Below are positions 38,357 through 47,996 of a stretch of DNA of 64,000 bases, one piece after another. The first letter of the stretch is position 1; each line of letters starts with the position of its first letter. Position numbers and translations under genes: made by a program. The stretch is from NCBI GenBank assembly GCA_040386535.1, contig JAZKFH010000025.1, positions 140,994-204,993 of the forward strand. Direction: 5' to 3'. The notes under the pieces were generated by a model. That model worked only from the letters and a program-made list of their open reading frames with translations. It had not been told where the DNA came from and did no database searches. The DNA comes from Myxococcota bacterium. GTDB taxonomy: Bacteria > Myxococcota_A > UBA796 > SXON01.

Positions 38357-39071
38357 GCAGGACGACGAGGACAACGTCGTCCTGTTCCGGCCGCTCGCGC
38401 TCGAACGTGAGCTCGCGGCGCCCGAGGCCGATACCGAAGGGGGGCCGCCGCCGCCCGAGCTCTTGGTCCCGGCGGTGGAGGCGTGCCTCTTCGCCGCCGC
38501 GGGGATCGTTACCGTCGCGCAGCTCGCCGCCGCGCTCAAGCTCGACGCGGGCCTCATCGAGAGCGCCCTCGAAGCCCTCGGCGAGCGCCTTCGCCGCACC
38601 GGCTCGGGCGTGCGCCTCGCGCCCGTGGGCGATGGCTGGCAGCTGCGCACGGAGGCCCGCCTCGCGCCCTGGGTGGCCGCCATCCGGGGTGGCAAGCCCG
38701 TCAGGCTCTCGCGCGCCGCGCTGGAGACCCTCGCGGTGGTCGCCTTCCGCCAGCCCGTGTCGAAGGGCATCGTGGACGACATTCGTGGCGTGGACTGCGG
38801 CGGTGTCCTCCGCATGCTGCTCGATCGTGGCCTGCTCAAGATCGTGGGCCGCTCGGACGACCCCGGCCGCCCGCTCACCTACGGCACGACGCCCGCGTTC
38901 CTCGAGCTCTTCGGGATGCGCAGCCTCGCCGACCTCCCCACGCTCAAGGACCTGCGGGCCCTGCGCGACGACGACCCGCCGGACGGCGGCGTGGTGCCCT
39001 TCCCAGATGGCGGGGCTGATGGTGGGACGGGCGGCGGGCCGGACAGCCCCGGCGGCTCCGGGCCAGGCTGA
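38349..39071 (+). CDS. scpB: segregation and condensation protein B
   Basis: LSRAALETLAVVAFRQPV, IRGV, PGRPLTYGTT, DLP. Confidence 0.95.
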   Translation: MAEQDDEDNVVLFRPLALERELAAPEADTEGGPPPPELLVPAVEACLFAAAGIVTVAQLAAALKLDAGLIESALEALGERLRRTGSGVRLAPVGDGWQLRTEARLAPWVAAIRGGKPVRLSRAALETLAVVAFRQPVSKGIVDDIRGVDCGGVLRMLLDRGLLKIVGRSDDPGRPLTYGTTPAFLELFGMRSLADLPTLKDLRALRDDDPPDGGVVPFPDGGADGGTGGGPDSPGGSGPG

Positions 39072-39172
39072 GGCAGGCTCGCCAGGAAGGCGCCATTGTG
39101 TTAGCCGCCGATTTCGCCCGCGAACTCGCGGAGAGCGTACGTGCCCGTCGTGAGACGGCCAGGAGAAAGATC

Positions 39173-40120
<948 letters not shown>

Positions 40121-40126
40121 TCTCGA

Positions 40127-40158
40127 AGCCGGGCCTCTGCCAAAACAGAGGCCCGGCT
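40127..40158 (+). other. 13-bp stem hairpin in the inter-tRNA spacer
   Basis: agccgggcctctg-ccaaaa-cagaggcccggct. Confidence 0.75.
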
Positions 40159-40277
40159 CCCTGAAGAGATTGTTGAAGAGAGCGGGTCACTCGAAAGAAC
40201 GCGTGCACCAAAATGCAAGCTGACTTGGAAGTGACACAAGCGCGATGACCGGTAACAGGTTATCAAGCAAACATCGT

Positions 40278-40354
<77 letters not shown>

Positions 40355-40359
40355 ACTAC

Positions 40360-40396
40360 AAGCCCGGGTCTTCGCGAAAGCGGGGGCCCGGGTTTG
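40360..40396 (+). terminator. terminator after the tRNA pair
   Basis: agcccgggtcttcgc-gaaa-gcgggggcccgggttt (GNRA loop), followed by T-rich sequence. Confidence 0.75.
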
Positions 40397-40416
40397 TCGG
40401 TTTTCGGCTTGGTGGT

Positions 40417-40466
40417 TCGGAGTGGGCGATGTCGGAGTGGGCGATGTCGGAGTGGGCGCTGTCGGA
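40417..40466. repeat. 15-bp tandem repeat, about 3.3 copies
   Basis: tcggagtgggcgatg x2, tcggagtgggcgctg, tcgga. Confidence 0.85.
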
Positions 40467-40607
40467 TTGAGGCGCTGCCGTAGGATTGGGCCGGGCTCGG
40501 CACGCCCGATCCCGCCAACCTGCCGCGATTCGTGTCACGTTCCCCGGGTTGACAGAAACCCGGTCTGGCAGCCGACGCGCTTTACGTCGGCGGCCGGGTC
40601 GCCCGAA

Positions 40608-41930
40608 TCACTCCGCCCAGCGGCCTCCGCTCACCCCGATGTCGTTGCGGCTGCCGTCCTGGTCGTTCCAGGACGCGTCGGGGTAGCCGGCGTCGACCAG
40701 GGGGCTCGCGGCGTCGACCGTGAGGTCGTCGGGGAAGGAGGCGAAGCCCGGGTCGGCCGTGACCGAGCTGGCGGAGGTGAGGCCGCACGTGTTGGTCGTA
40801 TTGCCCCAGAACGCGTTGTGGCTGGCCGTGTAGGGCACGTCCGACGAGATGCCGCAGGCGCCGTTCACGAAGACGCTGGAGACCATCCAGCTGGCGCTGC
40901 TGCCGCCGAGCAGGGCGAGGCCCGCGTCCGCGCCCCAGAACACGCTGTTGCCGACGTAGACGCTCATGTACTCGAAGCGGGCGCCCTCGACGCCGCCGCC
41001 GATCACCGAGTTGTAGACGTAGGCGCGCTCGGACGGGGTGTCCTCCTCGTCGTAGGCGTAGATCCCGGCGATCCCGCCCTCGATGCGCGAGCGCTTGACC
41101 TGGATCTCGCCGTGGTAGGAGTACAGGCCGTACCCGCCGTCGCACGTGAGCTCGTTGTCGAGGAGCAACGTCGCGTTGTGTTGCCAGATGGCGTAGTCGC
41201 CGCCGCCGCAGTCCGCGCGCAGCCGCGTGGCCGAGAAGGAGCCGCCGTCCGTGAGGATGGCCTGGCCGCCCGCGATGATGTCGTTGTCCTCGAACACCAC
41301 GTCGATCATGTCGACCCAGGCGACGTTCAGGTGCGCCACCGCGAGGCTCTCGCCGTTGCCCGCGAACACGACGTCCTCGAGCTTCAGGGACGCGTAGTGC
41401 ACCTCGAGGGCGGAGCCGCCGCCGGGATCGTAGCCGTCTTCGATCGACACCCCGGCGAGCCGCGTGCCGTCACTCTCGGCGTCTTCGACGTCGACCACGG
41501 TGCCGCCGTAGTCGCCGTCGATCACGGTGTTGGCCGAGCCCTCGATGCCGAAGATATCCAGGTACTTGGAGATGTAGTTGATCCGCTCGTGGTACTCGCA
41601 CGGGGCGAGCCCGATGCGGTCGCCCGAGGTCGCGGCGTCGATAGCCGCCTGGATCGTGGTGAAGTCACCGCCGCCGTTGCAGTCGACCAGCCAGTCGTAG
41701 TCGGGGAGGTCGGGCACGGTGCCGGTGTCGTCGGTGTCCCCGGTGTCGTCCACGGTGTCGGTCTCGTCCGTGTCCTCGGTGTCGGTGTCGTCCGTGTCGT
41801 CGGTGTCGACGCTGCCGGTGTCGTCCACGCCGGAGTCGACCGGCTTCTCACCGAGCTCGATGCCCGTGGGGTCGCAGCCGAGCGCCCAGACGGGCAGGAG
41901 GAGCAACGCGACGAGGTGGAGGCGGCTCAC
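40608..41930 (-). CDS. lipoprotein with pectin-lyase-like parallel beta-helix
   Basis: ALGC lipobox, D/T-rich linker, DFTTIQAAIDAA, SPLVDAG, DGSRNDIG; GTG overlaps the upstream stop. Confidence 0.8.
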   Translation of the reverse strand: MSRLHLVALLLLPVWALGCDPTGIELGEKPVDSGVDDTGSVDTDDTDDTDTEDTDETDTVDDTGDTDDTGTVPDLPDYDWLVDCNGGGDFTTIQAAIDAATSGDRIGLAPCEYHERINYISKYLDIFGIEGSANTVIDGDYGGTVVDVEDAESDGTRLAGVSIEDGYDPGGGSALEVHYASLKLEDVVFAGNGESLAVAHLNVAWVDMIDVVFEDNDIIAGGQAILTDGGSFSATRLRADCGGGDYAIWQHNATLLLDNELTCDGGYGLYSYHGEIQVKRSRIEGGIAGIYAYDEEDTPSERAYVYNSVIGGGVEGARFEYMSVYVGNSVFWGADAGLALLGGSSASWMVSSVFVNGACGISSDVPYTASHNAFWGNTTNTCGLTSASSVTADPGFASFPDDLTVDAASPLVDAGYPDASWNDQDGSRNDIGVSGGRWAE

Positions 41931-43138
41931 CAGCCACCCCCGATGGAGAGGGGGCCGCCGTAGACGCCGATGTCGTTCCGGGAGCCGTCGACATCCTCGT
42001 AGTCGTCCGAGTCGTCGGGGCCGGCGTCGATGGCGGGGCTCCGCGCGCTCAGGGTGTAGTCGCCCGTGGCGGCGTCGGTGAACAGCGGGTTGACGCCGAG
42101 ATTGTCGTCGGTGCCGACCGGGTCGACCAGGAGCCCGCACACGTTGGTGGTGTTGCCCCAGAACACGTTGTTCCGCAGGGTGAAGTCGTCCGTGTCCGCG
42201 TTCACCCCGCACGTGGCGCCGGTCACGACGGAGCCCTCGATAGTGGTGGCGAGGTAGACCTGGGAGAAGGTGACGCTCCCGTCGATGATGCTGTTCTTCA
42301 GGATCATCGAGCCGTAGGTGACGCTGACGCTGCCCTCGACGACGGTGTTGGAGAGGTTCACGTAGTCGTCGTAGTGGTCGTCCTCGGTGAGGACCGTGAC
42401 CGAGCCCTGGAGCGTGCTCCGCTGGATGATGCCGACGGCGTGCTCCCAGTCGGTGGCGACGCTGCCGGCGCAGTCGATGTCCGCCCGGTCGAAGATGGCG
42501 GAGCCGTGCCCGAGGTGGGCGCCGGTGGTCGAGCTGCCGCAGTCGAGGACGAGATCGGAGGCGACCAGCCCGCCGCGCGACATGTAGATGACGATGCCGT
42601 AGCTGTTGCGGTTGCCGGTCATCGTGACGCCGGCGAGCTCCACGTCGGCGCTGGCGCCGTAGAGCGTGGTGAAGCCGCGGTTGTCCTGGAGCACCACGTC
42701 GGCGAGGCGCAACGACGCGAAGTCGACCGAGACGGCGGCCTCGCTCGCGGACCCGCCGTTGGTGATGGTGAAGCCCTCGAGCGTCGTGCCCGTGCCTTCT
42801 CCGAGCACCGCCCGCACGCCCGCGCCGCCCCCGCGCGCATCGATGATCGTGACGGCTGAGCCCCCGGTGGAGACGATCTTCAGGGTCTTGCCGTCGAAGT
42901 CGACGCCCTCTTCGTACGTGCAGGGCGCGACGTGGAGGAGGTCCCCGTTCTCCGCCGCCGCGATGGCCTCGCCGATCGTCTCGAAGTCCCCCCCGCCGGT
43001 GCAATCCACCTCGGCATCCGGCAGATCGGTGTCGGAAGCCGGCGACCGCGGCCCGGAGAGGGCCTCCGTCGCGGTCAGGGGCTCGATCGGAGACACCGTC
43101 GAGCCACACGCGGTCAACATCACGAGGAGGAAGCGCAT
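41927..43138 (-). CDS. lipoprotein with pectin-lyase-like parallel beta-helix (paralog of the neighbour)
   Basis: LTAC lipobox, DFETIGEAIAAA, GFTITNG, SPAIDAG, DGSRNDIG. Confidence 0.8.
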   Translation of the reverse strand: MRFLLVMLTACGSTVSPIEPLTATEALSGPRSPASDTDLPDAEVDCTGGGDFETIGEAIAAAENGDLLHVAPCTYEEGVDFDGKTLKIVSTGGSAVTIIDARGGGAGVRAVLGEGTGTTLEGFTITNGGSASEAAVSVDFASLRLADVVLQDNRGFTTLYGASADVELAGVTMTGNRNSYGIVIYMSRGGLVASDLVLDCGSSTTGAHLGHGSAIFDRADIDCAGSVATDWEHAVGIIQRSTLQGSVTVLTEDDHYDDYVNLSNTVVEGSVSVTYGSMILKNSIIDGSVTFSQVYLATTIEGSVVTGATCGVNADTDDFTLRNNVFWGNTTNVCGLLVDPVGTDDNLGVNPLFTDAATGDYTLSARSPAIDAGPDDSDDYEDVDGSRNDIGVYGGPLSIGGGW

Positions 43139-43214
43139 CCTCGTGTTGTAGATCGGAACGCCGCGCCGACGGAACCCCTTTTTGACAGCTTCTTGTAAGA
43201 AGCGGGGCGGCCGG

Positions 43215-44081
43215 TCACGCCGGTTCGAGCACCCGTGCCGGTCGCTTGCCCGCCAGCGCTCGGCCGCGGCCTTCGAGCTCGATGGCGTCGTGCGCGCAGA
43301 AGATGCGCACCTCGTCGCCGTGGTGCCGCGCCAGCTCGCGGAGGCGCGCCTGGTTGGCCAGGCGCAGGTCGTGGTCGACCTCCATGAGCGACTGGTAGGC
43401 GGAGAGGCCCGGTGTGCACGTGGGGCGGGAAGGATCGAGCTCCTCCCGGTAGAAATAGGCGTCGCCCGCGTGCAGCATCCACCGATCGCGCCCCTTCACC
43501 GCCACGCCCGCGTGCCCCCGCGTGTGTCCCGGCAGCGGAACGAGCAGGATCTCGGGCGGGAGCCCCACGAGCCCGCGGACGACCGGAAACCCGAACCACG
43601 GCTCCCCCGCCGGCTGGTACGTGCGCCACCGCACGTCGGCGTCCCATTGCCGGGGGCGGTAACGTCCGCGCGCGATCAGCCCGTCGCGGTGGCGTGCGGA
43701 GTCGAGCTCGTCCGCCATCACGTGCACCGTGGCGCCGGGGAAGTCCTCGATGCCGCCGGCATGGTCGAAGTCGAGGTGCGTCAGGACGATGTGGCGCACG
43801 TCGGCGGCCCGGAAACCGCGGGTGTGCAGGCGGGCCAGGGCCGTCTCCTCGATCTGGAGGCGCGGGCGCAACACGGTGGTGAAGGCGCGGGACAGGCGCG
43901 GGTGGGGCTCCGCGACGTCCTCGGTGCCGAAGCCGGTGTCGACCAGGACGAGGCCGTCGTCCGTCTCGACGAGGAGGCAGTGGCAGACCAGCCGCCCGGT
44001 GAGCCCGTCCGACACGCCGTCCACGAAGCTGCCGCCCCATGGACACATGGTCCCGCAGTTGAGGTGTTGGATATCGAACAT
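43215..44081 (-). CDS. metallo-beta-lactamase-fold hydrolase
   Basis: LVDTG, THLDFDHAGG, PGHTRGH, AGDA, CAHD. Confidence 0.9.
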   Translation of the reverse strand: MFDIQHLNCGTMCPWGGSFVDGVSDGLTGRLVCHCLLVETDDGLVLVDTGFGTEDVAEPHPRLSRAFTTVLRPRLQIEETALARLHTRGFRAADVRHIVLTHLDFDHAGGIEDFPGATVHVMADELDSARHRDGLIARGRYRPRQWDADVRWRTYQPAGEPWFGFPVVRGLVGLPPEILLVPLPGHTRGHAGVAVKGRDRWMLHAGDAYFYREELDPSRPTCTPGLSAYQSLMEVDHDLRLANQARLRELARHHGDEVRIFCAHDAIELEGRGRALAGKRPARVLEPA

Positions 44082-44260
44082 CGTGGCCCCCTGGATGAAA
44101 CCCGGCGTGCGAGGGCGAACATCCAGAGGGCCCGCGCGTGTGTGGGCGGCGTCCGGTCGGAGATCACGCCTCGGGGCGGTACGGCGCCCCACTGGCGCTC
44201 GCGCGTAGCATTGGCGGGACGGCTCACGTGCCGCTACCATGGGGGCCCATCGGAGCCCAC

Positions 44261-44920
44261 ATGTCGCGACTGCTCGCCCTCCTCCCCCTCCTCGTCGCCT
44301 GCGTCGAGGAGGTCGTGCCCGAGAAGGTAGAGGAGGAGGTGGTGCTCGCCCCCTTCGGCGAGCCCTACGCCGCCATCTTCGCGGCCACCGAGCCGGGGTA
44401 CCTGCGCGACACGTGCGAGCTCGGCGTCGAGCTGTTCGAGACGGGCGCCGAGACCGCCGCGCTGTCCCAGTCGTTCCGCGCGCAGGGCGGCGAGTGGGCC
44501 GGGGTCGCGATCAACGCGGAGATCCAGTACACGGCCGTCGCCACCTGGGACGACTGCACGACGCTCGACTCGACGGGCACCGGCACGTTCACCTCCGGCA
44601 CCTTCTCCGGCTCCGAAGGGGACATGTTCCTGTTCCGGTACGACGGCGTGACGGGCGCGTACGAGGTGATCGTTCAGCGCGAGGACTTCGAGGGGGGCCG
44701 GGCCCTCATCACGTTCGTCGACACGGCCACGTCCGCCGACGTGCAGAACCTCGCGGGCGAGATCGGCGTCCAGGCCGAGCTCGTGAGCACCACGGGCAAG
44801 GACTACGACATCTCGTGGGACGGCGCGCGGTCCGTCGGATCCGTGCTCGCCGCGTTCGCGGACGACAACATCTACCTCGACGGCGGCCCCGTCTGGATCG
44901 AGGTCCCCGACTGGTGGTAG
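44261..44920 (+). CDS. hypothetical acidic lipoprotein
   Basis: LVAC lipobox; coding-like codon bias. Confidence 0.75.
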   Translation: MSRLLALLPLLVACVEEVVPEKVEEEVVLAPFGEPYAAIFAATEPGYLRDTCELGVELFETGAETAALSQSFRAQGGEWAGVAINAEIQYTAVATWDDCTTLDSTGTGTFTSGTFSGSEGDMFLFRYDGVTGAYEVIVQREDFEGGRALITFVDTATSADVQNLAGEIGVQAELVSTTGKDYDISWDGARSVGSVLAAFADDNIYLDGGPVWIEVPDWW

Positions 44921-45126
44921 GCCCGGGAAGGTGGTTGTAGGCCGCGTGTAAGGCCGGCGCCTCCAGAGGCCCCCGAACAGGATCGCCGGATGCCGGACGT
45001 CGCTGCTCGAACGGGGGGGAACCGGCGGCCCGAACACGCACGCGACGGAGATGCGGTGTCGCGAGGCGGATCGCTTCGGACCCCGCGACGGAGCCCACCA
45101 GGAGCCCATCCGCGTATCGTCGGAAC

Positions 45127-47304
45127 ATGCCGACACACCCCACCGTCGCCTTGGACCTCCGGTCGGACTCGTCCGACCCGCTCGACCCCGCCGAGCTCGT
45201 GGACCTCGTCCGGCACATCGCCCCCGGCGTCGGATCGAAGGTCGTCCTCGGGCTCGCCGCGATCCTCGCCCCGATGGACCCCGAGCACCCGCTGCCCACG
45301 CGGCTCGACGCGTTGGTCGCGCTCGCGGCGTGGCTGCGCGGGGCGACGCCGCTGGTGCTGCCCGATGGCGCGAGCGTGGGCGATCGGTCGGTGGCCGGGC
45401 GGTTGTGGCTCCTCGTCGAGGTGCTCCGCGCGGCGCCGGCGTGGCGGGCGGCGCTCTCGCAGCTCGTGACGAGCGTGCTCCTCGACACCTCCGCCGTGCG
45501 GCTGTTCGCGAACACGGGGCTGCCGTCCGAGCTGCGCTTCTTCGCGGAGTTCGCCGACCGGCTGGCTCGGCGGGGGCTCCCCCGGCCGCCCGAGCACACC
45601 TGCCTCGCGGCGCTCGTGGCGCGGATCTTCCCGGACGCGCGCGCCACCCACTGGCTCGACGCCGCCCCGCCGCTCCTCGTGGCCGAGCTGGCCGAGCTGC
45701 TGATGGAGGCCGACACCGGCGGCCGATCGGGCGAGCCGAGCGTCCGACGCCGGATGGGCGACGAGGCCGCGGACGCCCTGGCGCTCCTCACGGTCCGCGC
45801 CGCCGCGCTCGGGCTCGACGGGGACATCCGCTCTCGGAGCGAGGTGCCCGACGTGGGCGCGGAGCCCGTCTTCGCGCTCGTGCGCACGTGCGCGGCCTAC
45901 CTCGATGCCCGCCGTCGCGCCGATGCCGGCGACCGCGTCGGGCAAGTGGAGGCGCGCCGGCTCCGCGCGGAGGCGGCGTGGCACGTTGCCTCGGCGCGCG
46001 TGATCCTCGACGGGGTCGTGGCGCGGCTCGATGAGGGCGGCGTCAGCGTCGACCTCGTGTTCCGTGTCGAGCTGCTCGGGCGGCTCCTCGGGCGCGCCGA
46101 CCACCTCCTCGCGCTGCTCGACACCGACCCGCCCGATCGCGCCCTCCAGCGCGCCCGCGGCGTGCGGCTGGTCCGCGACCTCGTGGGCCAGGCCGTCGGC
46201 GATCGAAGCCTCGTGACCCTGGTGCAACAGAACAGCCGGCTGCTCGCGCGCCGCATCATCGAGCGCGCGGGCGAGACCGGCGAGCACTACATCACGTCGA
46301 GCCGCGCCGAGTGGCACGCGATGTTGGGGTCCGCGGCGGGCGGCGGCTACCTCACCGCGGGGACGACGCTCGTGAAGTTCTGGGTGGGTTGGGCCCACCT
46401 GCCGTACTTCTTCGAGGCGGCGTTCCTGGGCGTCAACTACGCCGCGAGCTTCGTGGCGATGCAGTTCCTCGGGTTCACGCTCGCGACCAAGCAGCCCTCG
46501 ATGACCGCGGCGTCGCTCGCGGCGAACATCGACAACAGCGGCCACGACGGGCTCCTGCCGCTCGTCGACCTCATCTCGCGCACGTTGCGGTCCCAGCTTG
46601 CCGCCTTCCTCGGGAACGTCGGGATGGTCGTGCCCGTGGCCCTCGCGGTCGACTTCATCCACGAGACGTGGGCCGGCGAGCCCTTCCTCGACGCCCACAC
46701 CGCCGCCTACGTCATCACCGCCCATCACCCCTGGCACAGCGGCACCGTCTTCTTCGCGATGTTCACGGGGGTGCTCCTGTGGGCGTCGAGCATCTTCGGC
46801 GGGTGGCTCGAGAACTGGAGCGCCCTCCACCGCCTGCCCGAGGCCATCGCCCAGAGCCCCTTCCTGGGGCGTCGGTTCGGGCACGTCCGCGCCGAGGCCC
46901 TCTCCCACGGCTTCGTGCGGCACATCTCGGGCATCGGGACCAACGTCTCGCTCGGCCTCCTCCTCGGCGCCGCGCCGATCGTCGGCAAGTTCTTCGGCGC
47001 CCCGCTGGATGTGCGCCACGTGACGCTCTCGACCGGCGCCCTGACGTTCGCAGGCGCTGCCGTGGGGCCGCTCGCCATCGTGGGGCCGGCCTTCCGCGAG
47101 GCGGTGCTCGGGATCACCCTCGTCGGCATGCTGAACTTCTCGGTGAGCTTCGCGCTCGCGCTCGCTGTCGCCCTCCGCGCGCGTAACGTGCCGCTGGTCA
47201 CGCTCGTGGCGCTGCTCCGCGCCGTGGTCGGGCGACTGTTGCGACGGCCGATGAGCTTCGTCTACCCGCCGCGCGAGGGCTCGGGCGCCGACACCCCGCC
47301 TTGA
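45127..47304 (+). CDS. Gcr-family ('site-specific recombinase') membrane protein
   Basis: TGEHYIT, FTLATKQPSMTA, RSQLAAFLGNV, PLDVRHVTLS, NFSVSF; several TM segments. Confidence 0.85.
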   Translation: MPTHPTVALDLRSDSSDPLDPAELVDLVRHIAPGVGSKVVLGLAAILAPMDPEHPLPTRLDALVALAAWLRGATPLVLPDGASVGDRSVAGRLWLLVEVLRAAPAWRAALSQLVTSVLLDTSAVRLFANTGLPSELRFFAEFADRLARRGLPRPPEHTCLAALVARIFPDARATHWLDAAPPLLVAELAELLMEADTGGRSGEPSVRRRMGDEAADALALLTVRAAALGLDGDIRSRSEVPDVGAEPVFALVRTCAAYLDARRRADAGDRVGQVEARRLRAEAAWHVASARVILDGVVARLDEGGVSVDLVFRVELLGRLLGRADHLLALLDTDPPDRALQRARGVRLVRDLVGQAVGDRSLVTLVQQNSRLLARRIIERAGETGEHYITSSRAEWHAMLGSAAGGGYLTAGTTLVKFWVGWAHLPYFFEAAFLGVNYAASFVAMQFLGFTLATKQPSMTAASLAANIDNSGHDGLLPLVDLISRTLRSQLAAFLGNVGMVVPVALAVDFIHETWAGEPFLDAHTAAYVITAHHPWHSGTVFFAMFTGVLLWASSIFGGWLENWSALHRLPEAIAQSPFLGRRFGHVRAEALSHGFVRHISGIGTNVSLGLLLGAAPIVGKFFGAPLDVRHVTLSTGALTFAGAAVGPLAIVGPAFREAVLGITLVGMLNFSVSFALALAVALRARNVPLVTLVALLRAVVGRLLRRPMSFVYPPREGSGADTPP

Positions 47305-47996
47305 CCCGGGCCCCGCCCCGGACGTTGACCGGGACGGCGTTCGGGCGCCACGATCTCCGCGAGCGGGGGCAGGGGATCCACGACCGGGACGCCCGCCAAC
47401 GCGCGGGCGGACAAGGACGGGGGGAAGGAGAGGTGCGCGTCGGTCGCCGCCTGCTCCAGCTCCGCGAGCAGCGCGCGCGACGCCGCGGTATGCACGCTTC
47501 CGGTGTGGACCGCGGCCGTGACGGCGGTGGCGTCCGGCACGATCCGCGCCGGATCGGCGTACCGCACCTCCTCCACGAGCGATTCGAGGACAAGGCGCAC
47601 CTCGAGCTCGACCCGCTTGCGCTCCTGGACGGCGTTGAGCGGCTGGGCTTTCTTGGCGCCCTGTCGATCGGCCCGCTTCCCGCCGGTCGTCGTCCGTCCG
47701 CTCGACTTGGTGGTCCGCGCGCCGGGGCTGGAAGGGCCGGGCCGGCGCAGCGTGTCGGGCCCGGGATCGGTGGTCACGAAGAGGGTGTCGAGCTCGCCGA
47801 GCGAGAGCGCACCGTCCTGGTCGATGTCCACGTCCGTGAAGCTGGCCCCCGCGATCGTGTGGGCCTCGTACTCCGCTTGCTCCAGCCGCCCGTCCTGGTC
47901 GCTGTCGAGCGCCTTCCAGGTGGGGGCGAGGGCGCCGGCCTCGGTCCACGGTTCGGCGCACGCGAGGAGCCACGGGAGCAGGGCGAGCGTCGTCAC
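47262..47996 (-). CDS. EF-hand-containing lipoprotein
   Basis: LLAC lipobox; DSDQDGRLEQAE and DIDQDGALSLGE loops; GTGA overlap with the sulfatase-like gene. Confidence 0.78.
   Translation of the reverse strand: MTTLALLPWLLACAEPWTEAGALAPTWKALDSDQDGRLEQAEYEAHTIAGASFTDVDIDQDGALSLGELDTLFVTTDPGPDTLRRPGPSSPGARTTKSSGRTTTGGKRADRQGAKKAQPLNAVQERKRVELEVRLVLESLVEEVRYADPARIVPDATAVTAAVHTGSVHTAASRALLAELEQAATDAHLSFPPSLSARALAGVPVVDPLPPLAEIVAPERRPGQRPGRGPGQGGVSAPEPSRGG

Noticed and set aside
40417..40466. Possible CRISPR array
   Set aside because: 15-bp units are contiguous with no spacers, and there are no cas genes
40608..43109. 833-aa ORF as a single gene
   Set aside because: The first 393 codons are an Arg-rich off-frame reading of the upstream paralog; the real start with a lipobox is at 41930
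44872..47973. Long antisense or alternate-frame ORFs (this 1033-aa one; also 16846-19509, 58389-61445, 1638-3971)
   Set aside because: Typical high-GC shadow ORFs overlapping well-supported genes, with no recognisable motifs
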